Shown: positions 30,632-41,006, counted from the first letter of the stretch. The stretch is DNA of 64,000 nucleotides from Clostridiales bacterium (GCA_021204085.1 JAJPZY010000135.1:4851-68850); one strand, 5' to 3'. Numbers and translations: made by a program. Notes: a model not told the origin generated them from the letters alone.

Positions 30632-32368
30632 TTGGACAGACAGACGATTGACGCGCAGCTATTTGCAAAAATGTTTCTGGCGGGCGCAAAGAATCTGGAA
30701 GTAAAAAAAGAATGGATTAATGAGCTGAATGTGTTTCCGGTTCCGGATGGAGATACCGGAACGAATATGTGCATGACGATTATGTCTGCGGCGAAGGAGA
30801 TCAGCGCCGCGGAGACGCCGACGCTTCATGATATGGCAAAAGTCATTTCTTCCGGTTCGCTGCGCGGGGCGCGGGGAAACTCCGGCGTGATTTTATCCCA
30901 GCTTTTCCGCGGATTTACAAATGTGATTCGTGGGCACGAAGAGCTGGATAAGATGGTGCTTTGCGAGGCTTTTCAGAAAGCGTGCGAGACTGCGTATAAG
31001 GCAGTTATGAAGCCGAAGGAGGGCACGATACTAACGGTTGCACGCGGTGCGGCAGACAAGGCGCTGGAGCTGGTTTGCGAGGACGAATGTCCGATGGAGG
31101 ATTATCTTACGGCCATTCTTGCAGAGGCAGAGCGGGTATTGGCATTGACGCCGGATATGCTGCCGGTATTGAAGCAGGCCGGTGTGGTTGACGCCGGCGG
31201 ACAGGGACTGGTAGAAGTACTGCGGGGTGCGTTGGACGTTTACCTGGGAAAAGCGGCAGATTACAGTGTGGAGCCGGTGAAGGCATCTCCCGGAATTGTA
31301 AAGATTTCCGCCGAGACGGAGGAAGCCATCCGGTTTGGATATTGCACAGAGTTTATTATTGTTCTGAACCGGCCGATGACGGAGGAGGATGAGGACGGAT
31401 ACCGTGCCTTTTTAAATTCTCTCGGCGATTCGATTGTCCTGGTGGCAGACGATGAAATTGTGAAGACTCATGTCCATACTAATGATCCCGGACTGGTTCT
31501 GCAGAAGGCGCTGACTTTCGGTTCCTTAAGCCGAATCAAGATTGATAATATGCGTGAGGAGCATCAGGAAAAGCTGATCAAGGATGCCGAGAGGCTTGCA
31601 AAGGAGCAGGCGGAGGAAAGAAAGGCAAACGCTGACGGAAGTGAGCCGGAGCTCTCCATCCAGGAGAGGACAGGCGTCGGCGGATTTGCGGATTCCGGCG
31701 CACCGACCAAGGACATCGGCTTTATCGCTGTTTCCATCGGCGACGGGATTAATGAAGTATTTCGCGGGTTGGGCGTGGACTGCATTATTGAAGGCGGCCA
31801 GACGATGAATCCCAGTACAGAGGATATTTTAAATGCCATTGATAGCCTGAATTACGATACGATTTTTATTTTCCCGAATAATAAAAACATTATTCTCGCG
31901 GCCAATCAGGCGGCATCTATGGCGGATGATAAAGAGATTATCGTGATACCGACACGGACCGTACCGCAGGGGATCACCGCAATGATCAACTTTGTGCCAG
32001 AGGCCGGTGCGAAGAACAATGCGCAGACGATGCTGGAAGTGATTGATACGGTAAAGACGGGTCAGGTCACATATGCTATCCGTGATACTTTCCTGGACGG
32101 CAAGGATATCAAAGAAGGCGATTATATGGGAATCGGCGATTCAGCGATCCTTTCCTCCGGCAGGGAAATGCTTCCTGTAGTCCGGGAGATGGCAGCGCAG
32201 ATGATAGATGAAGAATCATCTTTTATCTGTATTTATTACGGAGAGGATATTGCCGAAGAAGACGCACAGGCTCTCGGAGAGGAACTCGGGAGTGCATATC
32301 CGGAGTGCGAAATTGAAGTGCAAAACGGAGGCCAGCCAATCTACTATTATCTGATTTCAGTAGAGTGA
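30632..32368 (+). CDS. fakA: DAK2-domain fatty acid kinase subunit (FakA/YloV-like); TTG start
   Basis: LNVFPVPDGDTGTNM, GARGNSGVILSQ, GGQTMNPS and GGQPIY. Confidence 0.88.
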   Translation: MDRQTIDAQLFAKMFLAGAKNLEVKKEWINELNVFPVPDGDTGTNMCMTIMSAAKEISAAETPTLHDMAKVISSGSLRGARGNSGVILSQLFRGFTNVIRGHEELDKMVLCEAFQKACETAYKAVMKPKEGTILTVARGAADKALELVCEDECPMEDYLTAILAEAERVLALTPDMLPVLKQAGVVDAGGQGLVEVLRGALDVYLGKAADYSVEPVKASPGIVKISAETEEAIRFGYCTEFIIVLNRPMTEEDEDGYRAFLNSLGDSIVLVADDEIVKTHVHTNDPGLVLQKALTFGSLSRIKIDNMREEHQEKLIKDAERLAKEQAEERKANADGSEPELSIQERTGVGGFADSGAPTKDIGFIAVSIGDGINEVFRGLGVDCIIEGGQTMNPSTEDILNAIDSLNYDTIFIFPNNKNIILAANQAASMADDKEIIVIPTRTVPQGITAMINFVPEAGAKNNAQTMLEVIDTVKTGQVTYAIRDTFLDGKDIKEGDYMGIGDSAILSSGREMLPVVREMAAQMIDEESSFICIYYGEDIAEEDAQALGEELGSAYPECEIEVQNGGQPIYYYLISVE

Positions 32369-32378
32369 GGAGCAGATT

Positions 32379-34511
32379 ATGACCCTGGATTCCCCAATCA
32401 GCACCCTGAAAGGGATCGGACCGAAAACAGAAGAATTATTTCATGCGACAGGAGTATACACCGTTGGTGATATACTTCTGTATTTTCCGCGGGATTATGA
32501 GCGTTTCCCGGAGATTACCGGCCTTGATGAACTGATTCCCGATCGGAAATCCGCGGTATATATCCGGGTCTCAAAAGCTCCGGCTCTTAACATGCATTCC
32601 AGACTGAAGACCGCTGTCCTGGATGTGGCAGAGAATGGGCACTTCTTAAAAATCATGTGGTTTCGCACCCCTTATATCCGTTCTCTGATACGAGCCGGCG
32701 GATCTTATGTTTTTTACGGCCGTGTAACATCCAGGAATGATCAGCTTCTCATGGAACAGCCGGAGATTTTTTCTCTGGATGATTATCAGGCGGCAAGGAA
32801 GACACTACGCCCGATTTACAGTCTCACAAAAGGTCTTTCAAATAAGCAGGTCGCAAAAACCGTGCAGCTGGCGCTTGCGGATATTCCGCTGGAGCTCGAA
32901 TATCTGCCGGAGGATGTCCGTGTTCGCAATCGGCTTTCAGAATATAACTATGCCCTGCGCAATATGCATATGCCAGCGGATGAACAGAGCTGTATTACGG
33001 CCAGAAACCGCTTCGTTTTTGATGAGTTTTTCTTTTTCTTTCTCTGTATGCAGCTGACAAAGGACAGTTCGGCGGCACTGAAAAATGAATTTACTTTTAT
33101 TCAACCCGGGATGGAGGATGTTAAGCGAAAGGCTGCGAACCGGCCGTCCTGTGAAAGAAAGCCCGATAAGAATTCGGAGACGAATTATGTCAGTTCGCTG
33201 ATTGACAGCCTTCCTTACCGTCTTACCGGTGCCCAGCTCCGCACGGTCGCGCAGATTCAGACGGACATGCGTTCCGGGAAAATCATGCAGCGGCTGATTC
33301 AGGGTGATGTCGGCTCCGGCAAAACAATCATCGCTTTTCTGGCTATGCTGGATTGTGCGAACAGCGGGTATCAGTCGGCAATCATGGCTCCGACGGACGT
33401 CCTCGCCCGGCAGCATTATCAGAAGCTGACGCAGCTGTGCGAGAGTTTTGATTTACATTATCCGCTTGTGCTTCTGACCGGCTCACTGACTGCAAAGCAG
33501 CGGCGGGAAGCCTATGCGGTTCTGGATCAGGAGCCGACGGCTCTCATTGTCGGCACACATGCGCTGATTCAGGAAAAAGTCACGTATAACGGTCTGGCTC
33601 TGGTCATCACAGACGAGCAGCACCGTTTCGGCGTAAAGCAGCGGGAGACATTTTCCTTTAAGGGAGCGCATCCCCATATTATGGTAATGAGCGCCACGCC
33701 GATTCCTCGGACGCTGGCGATCATACTCTACGGTGATCTGGATATTTCAGTTATCGATGAAGTACCGGCGAAAAGAAAGCCCATCAAAAACTGTGTGGTA
33801 GACACGACATTTCGCGGCAAAGCTTATCGCTTCATGGAAAAGGAGATTCGCGAAGGACATCAGGTTTATATTATCTGTCCTCTGGTGGAAGCTTCGGAAA
33901 ATTCTGAAGGTGAGAACGTGCTGGATTATACGGAGCAGCTGAAAAAAAGATTCCCGCCTGAAATCCGGATTTCCTGCCTGCATGGCAGAATGAAGGCGGA
34001 AGAGAAAAACCGGATCATGGAAGCATTTCTGGAAAATCAGATTCAGATTCTGGTTTCCACTACCGTGATCGAGGTCGGCGTAGATGTGCCGAACGCCACT
34101 GTGATGATGATTGAAAACGCCGAACGATTCGGCCTGGCACAGCTTCATCAGCTCCGGGGGCGTGTCGGACGGGGCGATGCCCAGTCCTATTGCATCTTCA
34201 TGCAGGGAGAAAATACGGAACGGGAAAATAAGCGTCTGTCCGTCTTAAATAAATCCAACGACGGATTTTACATTGCCGGAGAAGACTTAAAACTCCGGGG
34301 TCCGGGAGACTTCTTTGGTATCCGCCAGAGCGGCGACTTCCGATTTCAGCTGGCAGACATCTATCAGGACGCCGACCTCATGGGGCAGGCCTCTTACGAA
34401 GTGTCACTGATTCTCAAAGATGATCCCGGGCTCACCGACCCGTCTCACCGGGCGCTCCGCAACCGCCTGCGGCAATACGCTGGAGAGGAGTTTTCTTTAC
34501 TTAATTTATAA
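32379..34511 (+). CDS. recG: ATP-dependent DNA helicase RecG
   Basis: QGDVGSGKT, DEQHRFG, MSATPIPRT and QLHQLRGRVGRG. Confidence 0.97.
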   Translation: MTLDSPISTLKGIGPKTEELFHATGVYTVGDILLYFPRDYERFPEITGLDELIPDRKSAVYIRVSKAPALNMHSRLKTAVLDVAENGHFLKIMWFRTPYIRSLIRAGGSYVFYGRVTSRNDQLLMEQPEIFSLDDYQAARKTLRPIYSLTKGLSNKQVAKTVQLALADIPLELEYLPEDVRVRNRLSEYNYALRNMHMPADEQSCITARNRFVFDEFFFFFLCMQLTKDSSAALKNEFTFIQPGMEDVKRKAANRPSCERKPDKNSETNYVSSLIDSLPYRLTGAQLRTVAQIQTDMRSGKIMQRLIQGDVGSGKTIIAFLAMLDCANSGYQSAIMAPTDVLARQHYQKLTQLCESFDLHYPLVLLTGSLTAKQRREAYAVLDQEPTALIVGTHALIQEKVTYNGLALVITDEQHRFGVKQRETFSFKGAHPHIMVMSATPIPRTLAIILYGDLDISVIDEVPAKRKPIKNCVVDTTFRGKAYRFMEKEIREGHQVYIICPLVEASENSEGENVLDYTEQLKKRFPPEIRISCLHGRMKAEEKNRIMEAFLENQIQILVSTTVIEVGVDVPNATVMMIENAERFGLAQLHQLRGRVGRGDAQSYCIFMQGENTERENKRLSVLNKSNDGFYIAGEDLKLRGPGDFFGIRQSGDFRFQLADIYQDADLMGQASYEVSLILKDDPGLTDPSHRALRNRLRQYAGEEFSLLNL

Positions 34512-36251
34512 CTCACTCACAAGTTCAATCCCCGTGATATCCGGCGTACTCACCATCGAGTAATTGGTATAGTACACCACGAACCCCGGCTTACTCCGGT
34601 TCGGTTTTTTCACATTCTTCTTCTGCAGATAATCAATTTCCACTTTTTGGGCGCCCCGTCCCTTTGAATAAAAGGCGGCGAGGCGGGCCGCTTCCTCAAA
34701 CGTCTGATCCGGCAGATCGCCGGTTTTTGTCTTAACCAGCACATGGGAACCCGGCATCTGCTTCGCATGAAACCACCAGTCATTCCCCTCAGAAAACCGG
34801 AATGTCAGTTCATCATTCTGAAAATTATTCTTTCCGACATAAATATCAAATCCGTCACTGCTGCGATAATGCCAGGGGCGGCTTTTTACCTGCTGCTTTT
34901 TCCCTTTGGCGGACTTTCGGCGGATATAACCGCTCTGAACAAGCTCCTCGCGAATCTGTGCCAGATCTGCTTCTGACTGGGCAATGTCAAGGGCGGTCGC
35001 GATGGAATCCAGATGCTCGATTTCCATACGGGTCTCTTCAATCAGTTCGGTCAGCGCCTCACAGGTGCGCTTGAGCTTTCCGTAGCGGTCAAAATATTTT
35101 TTCGCGTTTTCTCCCGGAGTAAGGGTGGGATCTAAAGGAATCTGTATCATTTCATTGGTATAGTAATTCAGCGCTTCAAAGCTCCCGGCACCTTCCGGTA
35201 CCTGATAACCGTAGGTGTGGATGAGTTCGCCATATACCTTATACTTATCCCGTTTCTCCGTGTCTTTCAGCTGTTTGGCCTGCAGGTCATATTTTTTTCG
35301 GTTTCGTTCCAGGTGCGTGCTGACTACATGGCGGAGATCAACGGATTTCTGCCGGATACGGGTATATGCGTTTTTTTCCGCGTAAAAATCCTCAAGCACC
35401 TGAGAGATAGAGCCGCGGGTCTCAGTCTCGCAGTCCGCAAATGAGTACAGCAAAACGGAGGCAAACTCTGCGGGCGCTCCTTTTTTCCGCAGAATGTTCG
35501 GACAAAACTGCCCTTCCCGCATCTGAGACATGAGAGCCGAAAAATGGTTTGCCAGGCAAAGCCATTCCTGTTCCGAAACGGAAGCACAGGGGGCGGCGCC
35601 GTCAATTTTCGCCCGGTAGCAGAGTTCGTTGGCGATGAGCGGGCTGATACCGGTATATGAAGTGTAGATTGCTTTGGCGGCGGTAGTGGGTTTTCCGGTT
35701 ACAGTCTTAAGAAAACCGTCTTCGGATTCGGTCAGCGGGTTCATCTTTCCCTGCTGAGCGGGGATAAAATATTCCCGCCCCGGCAGAACTTCCCGGACAG
35801 AACTGATCTGGGCGGAAATATGCTTGATGCTGTCAAGAATTTTCCCGGTATCGTCGGTGAAGATGATATTGCTGTGTTTTCCCATAAGTTCGACGATCAG
35901 CTTTTTCGTGCGCAAATCTCCCAGATCGTCTAAATGTTCTATTGAAAATATAAGAACGCGCTCCATGGATGGCTGTGTTACAGAGAGAATCCGTCCGTTC
36001 GCGATGTGTTTCCGCAGAAGCATGCAGAAATTCGGCGCGGTCATGGGACTGGGTTTATTCTGCTCTGTCAGATAGACCAGCGGGAGAGATGCGTTTGCCG
36101 AGAGCAGCAGGCGTTTTGTCCCATTGTTTCCTTTTACAGTCAGCAGCAGTTCGTCTGTTTCAGGCTGCGCGATTTTGCTGATGCGCGCGCCGGTGAGTTC
36201 TTTATTTAAATCGTAAGCCAGGTTAGCTACGACAATTCCGTCAAGAGCCAT
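34506..36251 (-). CDS. rqcH: NFACT-family ribosome quality-control protein (RqcH/FbpA/PavA-like)
   Basis: MALDG start after the GGAG RBS, ELMGKHSNII, VGKNNFQND, WWFHAK and GFVVY. The upstream extension in the ORF track comes from repeat A. Confidence 0.88.
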   Translation of the reverse strand: MALDGIVVANLAYDLNKELTGARISKIAQPETDELLLTVKGNNGTKRLLLSANASLPLVYLTEQNKPSPMTAPNFCMLLRKHIANGRILSVTQPSMERVLIFSIEHLDDLGDLRTKKLIVELMGKHSNIIFTDDTGKILDSIKHISAQISSVREVLPGREYFIPAQQGKMNPLTESEDGFLKTVTGKPTTAAKAIYTSYTGISPLIANELCYRAKIDGAAPCASVSEQEWLCLANHFSALMSQMREGQFCPNILRKKGAPAEFASVLLYSFADCETETRGSISQVLEDFYAEKNAYTRIRQKSVDLRHVVSTHLERNRKKYDLQAKQLKDTEKRDKYKVYGELIHTYGYQVPEGAGSFEALNYYTNEMIQIPLDPTLTPGENAKKYFDRYGKLKRTCEALTELIEETRMEIEHLDSIATALDIAQSEADLAQIREELVQSGYIRRKSAKGKKQQVKSRPWHYRSSDGFDIYVGKNNFQNDELTFRFSEGNDWWFHAKQMPGSHVLVKTKTGDLPDQTFEEAARLAAFYSKGRGAQKVEIDYLQKKNVKKPNRSKPGFVVYYTNYSMVSTPDITGIELVSEL

Positions 36252-36330
36252 AGGTCTCCTCCGTTTTAATGATATATCGTTTTTCCCGGTATGTATGCAG
36301 GAAATGATGAGCTGGTAAAGATATGAATAT

Positions 36331-36515
36331 AAATTAAGTGTCGCCCTGCGACACTTCGCGCGCGAGCGGTTGCGCAGCAAAAACTTCCTATCCGCGACGC
36401 ATTGGCTCACTTAGCGAACATCGTGAGCTTAGTGAACAAGCGTGCACAGCTGCTGCGCATCCTCACGGAGTGTTTTTTATTTCATAGGACGAACTTTCCT
36501 ATGAAATAAAAAAGC
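36331..36515 (-). repeat. Palindromic repeat family A, copy 3
   Basis: Reverse complement of the copy 1 core; its left hairpin has a short loop and compensatory changes. Confidence 0.93.
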
Positions 36516-36619
36516 AGCAGTGATACCTGTTTTTCGCTTATGGTTAAGATAGCACAGGTATTTGATGATGTAAAGAATGTTTTCTTTGTAAAATTTTCTT
36601 TTGACTGAACGGAAAAGAT

Positions 36620-36648
36620 TTGACTTCAAAGACAAAAAATCATATAAT
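36620..36648 (+). promoter_or_regulatory. sigmaA-type promoter of the yloC-remA-gmk-rpoZ-rimO operon
   Basis: TTGACT-17 bp-TATAAT. Confidence 0.75.
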
Positions 36649-36689
36649 AGATTGACTTTTACAGTAAATTAATCGTCTGGGGGAATACA

Positions 36690-37568
36690 ATGATCAAGAG
36701 CATGACGGGATTTGGACGCTGCGAAAGTTCTGACGCATATCGCAGGATCACGGCGGAGATCAAATCCGTAAATCACAGATATTTTGACGTCAGCATCAAG
36801 ATTCCGAAGAAGCTGAATTATTTTGATTCCGCGATTCGTTCTCTTTTGAAAGAGTACGTAGAGCGCGGCAAGGTGGATGTTTTTATTACATATGAAGATT
36901 TGTCCGAGCATGATGTGGCGGTCAGATATAATCGAAAGCTGGCCGGTGAGTATCTGACGCATCTGAAGTCCATGGCACAGGAGTTTGGTCTGGATGACGA
37001 TATCCGCGTCAGTACGTTATCTCGTTATCCGGATGTTTTTACCATGGAAGAGCAGCCGATGGATGAGGAAGAGCTCTGGTCGCTTTTAGAGCATGCGCTT
37101 CGCGGAGCACTGGAGCAGTTTGTCTCGGTGCGGACCAGGGAGGGTGAACGGCTGAAAAGTGATCTGGTGGAGAAGCTTCAGCACATGCTCCTTAATGTGG
37201 AAAAGATAGAGGCGCGTGCACCGGAGATTCTGTCGGAATACCGGGCAAAGATTGAGGGAAAGGTGAAGGATCTGCTTGGTGATGTTCAGATTGATGAATC
37301 CCGCCTTGCGTCCGAACTGGTGATCTTTGCGGATAAGATCTGCACCGATGAGGAGACGGTTCGGTTAAAAGCCCATATTCATTCCATGCTGGATACCTTA
37401 GAGAGCGATGGCGGCATTGGCCGTAAGCTGGATTTCATCGCACAGGAGATGAATCGGGAGTCGAATACGATTCTTTCCAAGGCCAACGATCTTACGACCT
37501 CGAACCTGGCCATTGATCTGAAGACTGAGATTGAGAAAATTCGCGAGCAGATTCAAAACATTGAATGA
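36690..37568 (+). CDS. YicC/YloC-family endoribonuclease
   Basis: MIKSMTGFGR, KSVNHRY, GRKLDFIAQEMNRESNTI and EKIREQIQNIE. Confidence 0.93.
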   Translation: MIKSMTGFGRCESSDAYRRITAEIKSVNHRYFDVSIKIPKKLNYFDSAIRSLLKEYVERGKVDVFITYEDLSEHDVAVRYNRKLAGEYLTHLKSMAQEFGLDDDIRVSTLSRYPDVFTMEEQPMDEEELWSLLEHALRGALEQFVSVRTREGERLKSDLVEKLQHMLLNVEKIEARAPEILSEYRAKIEGKVKDLLGDVQIDESRLASELVIFADKICTDEETVRLKAHIHSMLDTLESDGGIGRKLDFIAQEMNRESNTILSKANDLTTSNLAIDLKTEIEKIREQIQNIE

Positions 37569-37586
37569 TATAAGGGGATAAGGGTT

Positions 37587-37850
37587 ATGTCATCTTTTAT
37601 TAACATTGGTTTTGGTAATGTGATCAATACAGATAAAATTGTCTCTATTATTAATCCGGATTCCGCTCCGGCCAAGCGGCTGATTCAGCGTGCGAAGGAG
37701 CAGGAAATCCTGATTGACGCTACCCAGGGGCGGAGGACGAAGAGTGTGATCGCGACGGATACACAGTATGTCATTCTTTCCGCACTGCAGCCGGAGACGC
37801 TGGCGGGACGGTGTGCGAGCAAAGAGACAGGAAGAGAGGCAGAGATATGA
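37587..37850 (+). CDS. DUF370 / RemA (YlzA)-family protein
   Basis: [26 protein letters not shown] and LSALQPETL; conserved position before gmk. Confidence 0.9.
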   Translation: MSSFINIGFGNVINTDKIVSIINPDSAPAKRLIQRAKEQEILIDATQGRRTKSVIATDTQYVILSALQPETLAGRCASKETGREAEI

Positions 37851-38488
37851 GTGATACCGGCTTTCTGATTGTACTTTCCGGTTTTGCAGGCTCAGGGAAG
37901 GGAACAATCATGAAGGAATTGCTGACCCGTTACCCTGAAGAATATGCTCTGTCCGTTTCCGCAACGACCCGGAATCCCCGTCCGGGCGAAATGGAAGGAA
38001 GAGAGTACTTTTTTAAAACAAAAGAGGAATTTGAACAGATGATAGCGGATGACGCCTTGCTGGAGCATGCTTCCTATGTCGGCAACTATTACGGGACGCC
38101 GAGGGCATATGTAGAGGAGCAGCTGAAAAGCAGCCGTTCCGTGATCCTGGAGATTGAGATTCAGGGTGCTCTTCTGATCAAAGAAAAGTTCCCGGATACG
38201 CTGCTTCTGTTTGTTACACCGCCGTCCGCAGCCATTCTTCGCGATAGGCTGATCGGCCGGGGGACAGAGACACCGGATGTCGTGCATTCCCGCATGGTCC
38301 GTGCCATTGAGGAGGCGGACGGATGTGAAGCTTATGATTATCTGATCATCAATGATGATCTGGACACCTGTGTGGAAGAGGTACATCATATCATCCGCAG
38401 TGAAAGAAGCCGCATGCGGCACAGATTAAGTGAAATTGAAACTATCAGAAATGATTTAAAAAAGTATGTGAAGGGAGAACCGATATGA
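37847..38488 (+). CDS. gmk: Guanylate kinase
   Basis: [27 protein letters not shown] and LEIEIQGA. Confidence 0.95.
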   Translation: MSDTGFLIVLSGFAGSGKGTIMKELLTRYPEEYALSVSATTRNPRPGEMEGREYFFKTKEEFEQMIADDALLEHASYVGNYYGTPRAYVEEQLKSSRSVILEIEIQGALLIKEKFPDTLLLFVTPPSAAILRDRLIGRGTETPDVVHSRMVRAIEEADGCEAYDYLIINDDLDTCVEEVHHIIRSERSRMRHRLSEIETIRNDLKKYVKGEPI

Positions 38489-38739
38489 TACATCCATCTT
38501 ATGTGGAACTGATGAAAGTTGTAAACAAAGATTCTGACAACATCGGCGAGATGCCGGTAGTAAACAGCCGTTACTCCATTGTGATCGCATCGGCAAAGCG
38601 TGCCCGTCAGATTATTGCGGGAGCAGAGCCCCTCGTAGACGACGCCGAAGGCAAAAAACCGCTTTCAATTGCTGTTGAGGAGCTCTACAATCAGAAGGTG
38701 AAGATACTTGGGGAGGACGACATCGAGGGAGAGGTGTAG
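38485..38739 (+). CDS. rpoZ: RNA polymerase omega subunit
   Basis: SRYSIVIASAKRARQI and KPLSIAVEEL; follows gmk. Confidence 0.93.
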   Translation: MIHPSYVELMKVVNKDSDNIGEMPVVNSRYSIVIASAKRARQIIAGAEPLVDDAEGKKPLSIAVEELYNQKVKILGEDDIEGEV

Positions 38740-38747
38740 CGTTTTAA

Positions 38748-40076
38748 GTGAGCATAAAAGTTTTATTTGTCTCTCTCGGGTGTGATAAGAACCGGGTAGA
38801 TTCCGAGTATATGGTAGGGAAGCTGGCTGAGCATCAGTTTGTGATAACAGATGATGAGGCGGAAGCGGATGTGATCGTGATCAATACCTGCTGCTTTATT
38901 CAGGACGCCAAAGAAGAGAGTATTCAGACTATTCTTGAGATGGCAGCCCTGCGAACCGCGGGTTCCTGCATGGCTCTTATCGTCTGCGGGTGTCTGGCGG
39001 AGCGTTACCGCGAGGAAATCTTTGCGGAGATTCCTGAGGTTGATGCAGTGCTGGGGACGAACTCGACGGAACATATTCTGTTGGCTGTCGAGAAAGTGCT
39101 GACCGGAAAAAAATATGAGGCCTTTGAACCTCTGACCAGATCAGAGAAGCATCTGTCTCCCCGAAGCATATCGACGGGAGGCCATTTTGCGCATCTGAAG
39201 ATTGCGGAGGGCTGTGACAAGCACTGCACGTATTGTATTATACCCGCGATTCGCGGACCGTACCGCAGCGTTCCGATGGAAGATCTGATCGCCGAAGCAA
39301 AGTCTCTTGCCGAACAGGGCGTAAAAGAACTGATCCTGGTCGCGCAGGAGACGACACTCTACGGGGTGGATCTGTATGGAAAAAAATCCCTGCATTTGCT
39401 GCTGCATGAGCTGAATCAGATACCGGGGATATACTGGATTCGCCTGATGTACTGTTATCCGGAAGAGATTTACGATGAACTCATAGAAGCAATCCGTGAC
39501 AATGAGAAGGTCTGTCATTATATTGATATGCCGATTCAGCACATCAATACTTCTATTTTAAAGAGAATGGGGAGACGGACGAACCGCGAGACTCTGGAAG
39601 AGCGAATTTCTGCGATTCGCACAGCAATCCCGGATATCGCGCTTCGAACGACACTGATCTGCGGCTTCCCCGGAGAGACTTTAGAGCAGCATGAGGAGCT
39701 GATGGAGTTTATCAATGAGACGGAGTTTGACCGTCTCGGTGCGTTTGCTTATTCCGCGGAGGAGAATACGCCGGCTGCCGAATATCCGGATCAGATTGAT
39801 GAGGAACAGAAGGAAGAGTGGCAGGCGGAAGTGATGGAGCTTCAGGAAGAAGTGATCCTTGATAAGAACGAAGATATGATCGGCTATGAACTGGATATCA
39901 TCATCGAGGGCAAAATAGCGGATGAGGATGTCTATGTCGGCAGGAGTTATCGGGATGCACCGGATATTGACGGTTATGTGTTCGTTCATACGGATGAAGA
40001 ACTGCTTACCGGTGACTTTGCGAGAGTGAAGATTACCGGTGCTTATGAATATGATCTGATCGGGGAGCTCATCTGA
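38748..40076 (+). CDS. rimO: Ribosomal protein S12 methylthiotransferase RimO
   Basis: SLGCDKNRVD, NTCCFI, radical SAM CDKHCTYC and DAPDIDG. Confidence 0.93.
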   Translation: MSIKVLFVSLGCDKNRVDSEYMVGKLAEHQFVITDDEAEADVIVINTCCFIQDAKEESIQTILEMAALRTAGSCMALIVCGCLAERYREEIFAEIPEVDAVLGTNSTEHILLAVEKVLTGKKYEAFEPLTRSEKHLSPRSISTGGHFAHLKIAEGCDKHCTYCIIPAIRGPYRSVPMEDLIAEAKSLAEQGVKELILVAQETTLYGVDLYGKKSLHLLLHELNQIPGIYWIRLMYCYPEEIYDELIEAIRDNEKVCHYIDMPIQHINTSILKRMGRRTNRETLEERISAIRTAIPDIALRTTLICGFPGETLEQHEELMEFINETEFDRLGAFAYSAEENTPAAEYPDQIDEEQKEEWQAEVMELQEEVILDKNEDMIGYELDIIIEGKIADEDVYVGRSYRDAPDIDGYVFVHTDEELLTGDFARVKITGAYEYDLIGELI

Positions 40077-40089
40077 TGATGAGGATTGC

Positions 40090-40140
40090 GGGATAAGTGA
40101 GACAGGAAATCTCTGATCTCCGTGATCGAACTTATGTACA
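40090..40140 (-). repeat. REP-like repeat family B, truncated single-unit copy 3
   Basis: ggataagtgagaca fused to ggaaatctctgatctccgtgatcgaacttatgta. Confidence 0.75.
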
Positions 40141-40224
40141 GCTGCGGTTTTTTGTGGAGCAATCCGTAGGTATCATCATTTGTAAAGAGTTTAGAGAACA
40201 CTTAAGAAAGGACTGAAGAAAGCG

Positions 40225-40791
40225 ATGAATTTACCGAATAAGCTGACAATGTTTCGAGTAATATTGATTCCGTTTTTTGTTTTTTTCCTGTTGACGGATA
40301 TCGGACTCGGGAAAATCGCTCCAATACTGGCATTGATTATTTTTATTGTTGCGAGTCTTACGGATATGCTGGACGGAAAGATCGCCCGTAAGTACAATCT
40401 GGTTACTAATTTCGGAAAATTTATGGATCCGCTGGCGGACAAACTGCTGGTCTGTTCGGCGCTGATCTGTCTGATCGAGCTGGATAAGGCAGCGTCCTGG
40501 ATAGTGATCATTATCATCGCCCGGGAGTTTATCATCAGCGGATTCCGGCTGATCGCGACGGAGCATCAGATTGTTATCGCGGCCAGTATGTGGGGAAAGT
40601 TTAAGACCACTTTTCAGATGGCGGCGATCATTCTGCTGATCCTCAACTGTGCATGGTCGCTGACCATCGGCGGCGTGGATGTGATCTATGTGCTGGGGCA
40701 GATCGTCCTCTATGTAGCGCTGGCGCTGACGATCATCTCATTGGTAGATTATCTTATGAAAAATAAGGGAGTTCTCAGCGAGCAGGATTGA
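40225..40791 (+). CDS. pgsA: CDP-diacylglycerol--glycerol-3-phosphate 3-phosphatidyltransferase
   Basis: MNLPNKLT and TDMLDGKIARK...FGKFMDPLADK. Confidence 0.95.
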   Translation: MNLPNKLTMFRVILIPFFVFFLLTDIGLGKIAPILALIIFIVASLTDMLDGKIARKYNLVTNFGKFMDPLADKLLVCSALICLIELDKAASWIVIIIIAREFIISGFRLIATEHQIVIAASMWGKFKTTFQMAAIILLILNCAWSLTIGGVDVIYVLGQIVLYVALALTIISLVDYLMKNKGVLSEQD

Positions 40792-40848
40792 TTGAGCGAA
40801 TAATTACAAAACCTTTCGAGGCGGACAGAATTGACAGATAGACAAGGA

Positions 40849-40985
40849 GAATAATTGCAAAACTCCCCAAACCGAACATTGAGGATATACACGGAAACAT
40901 TTCAATAAAGGACACTTTCCCGTGTCCTGTTTGAAATCGTTGACGGGGATATCCTCAGCCATAATAAACAGTTTTGCAATTATTC
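40849..40985. mobile_element. MITE-like element with 16-bp perfect terminal inverted repeats and nested hairpins
   Basis: gaataattgcaaaact (40849-40864) / agttttgcaattattc (40970-40985); internal tgaggatat/atatcctca and aggacac/gtgtcct. Confidence 0.55.
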
Positions 40986-41006
40986 GGAGTAAAGGGTTGA
41001 AACGTT

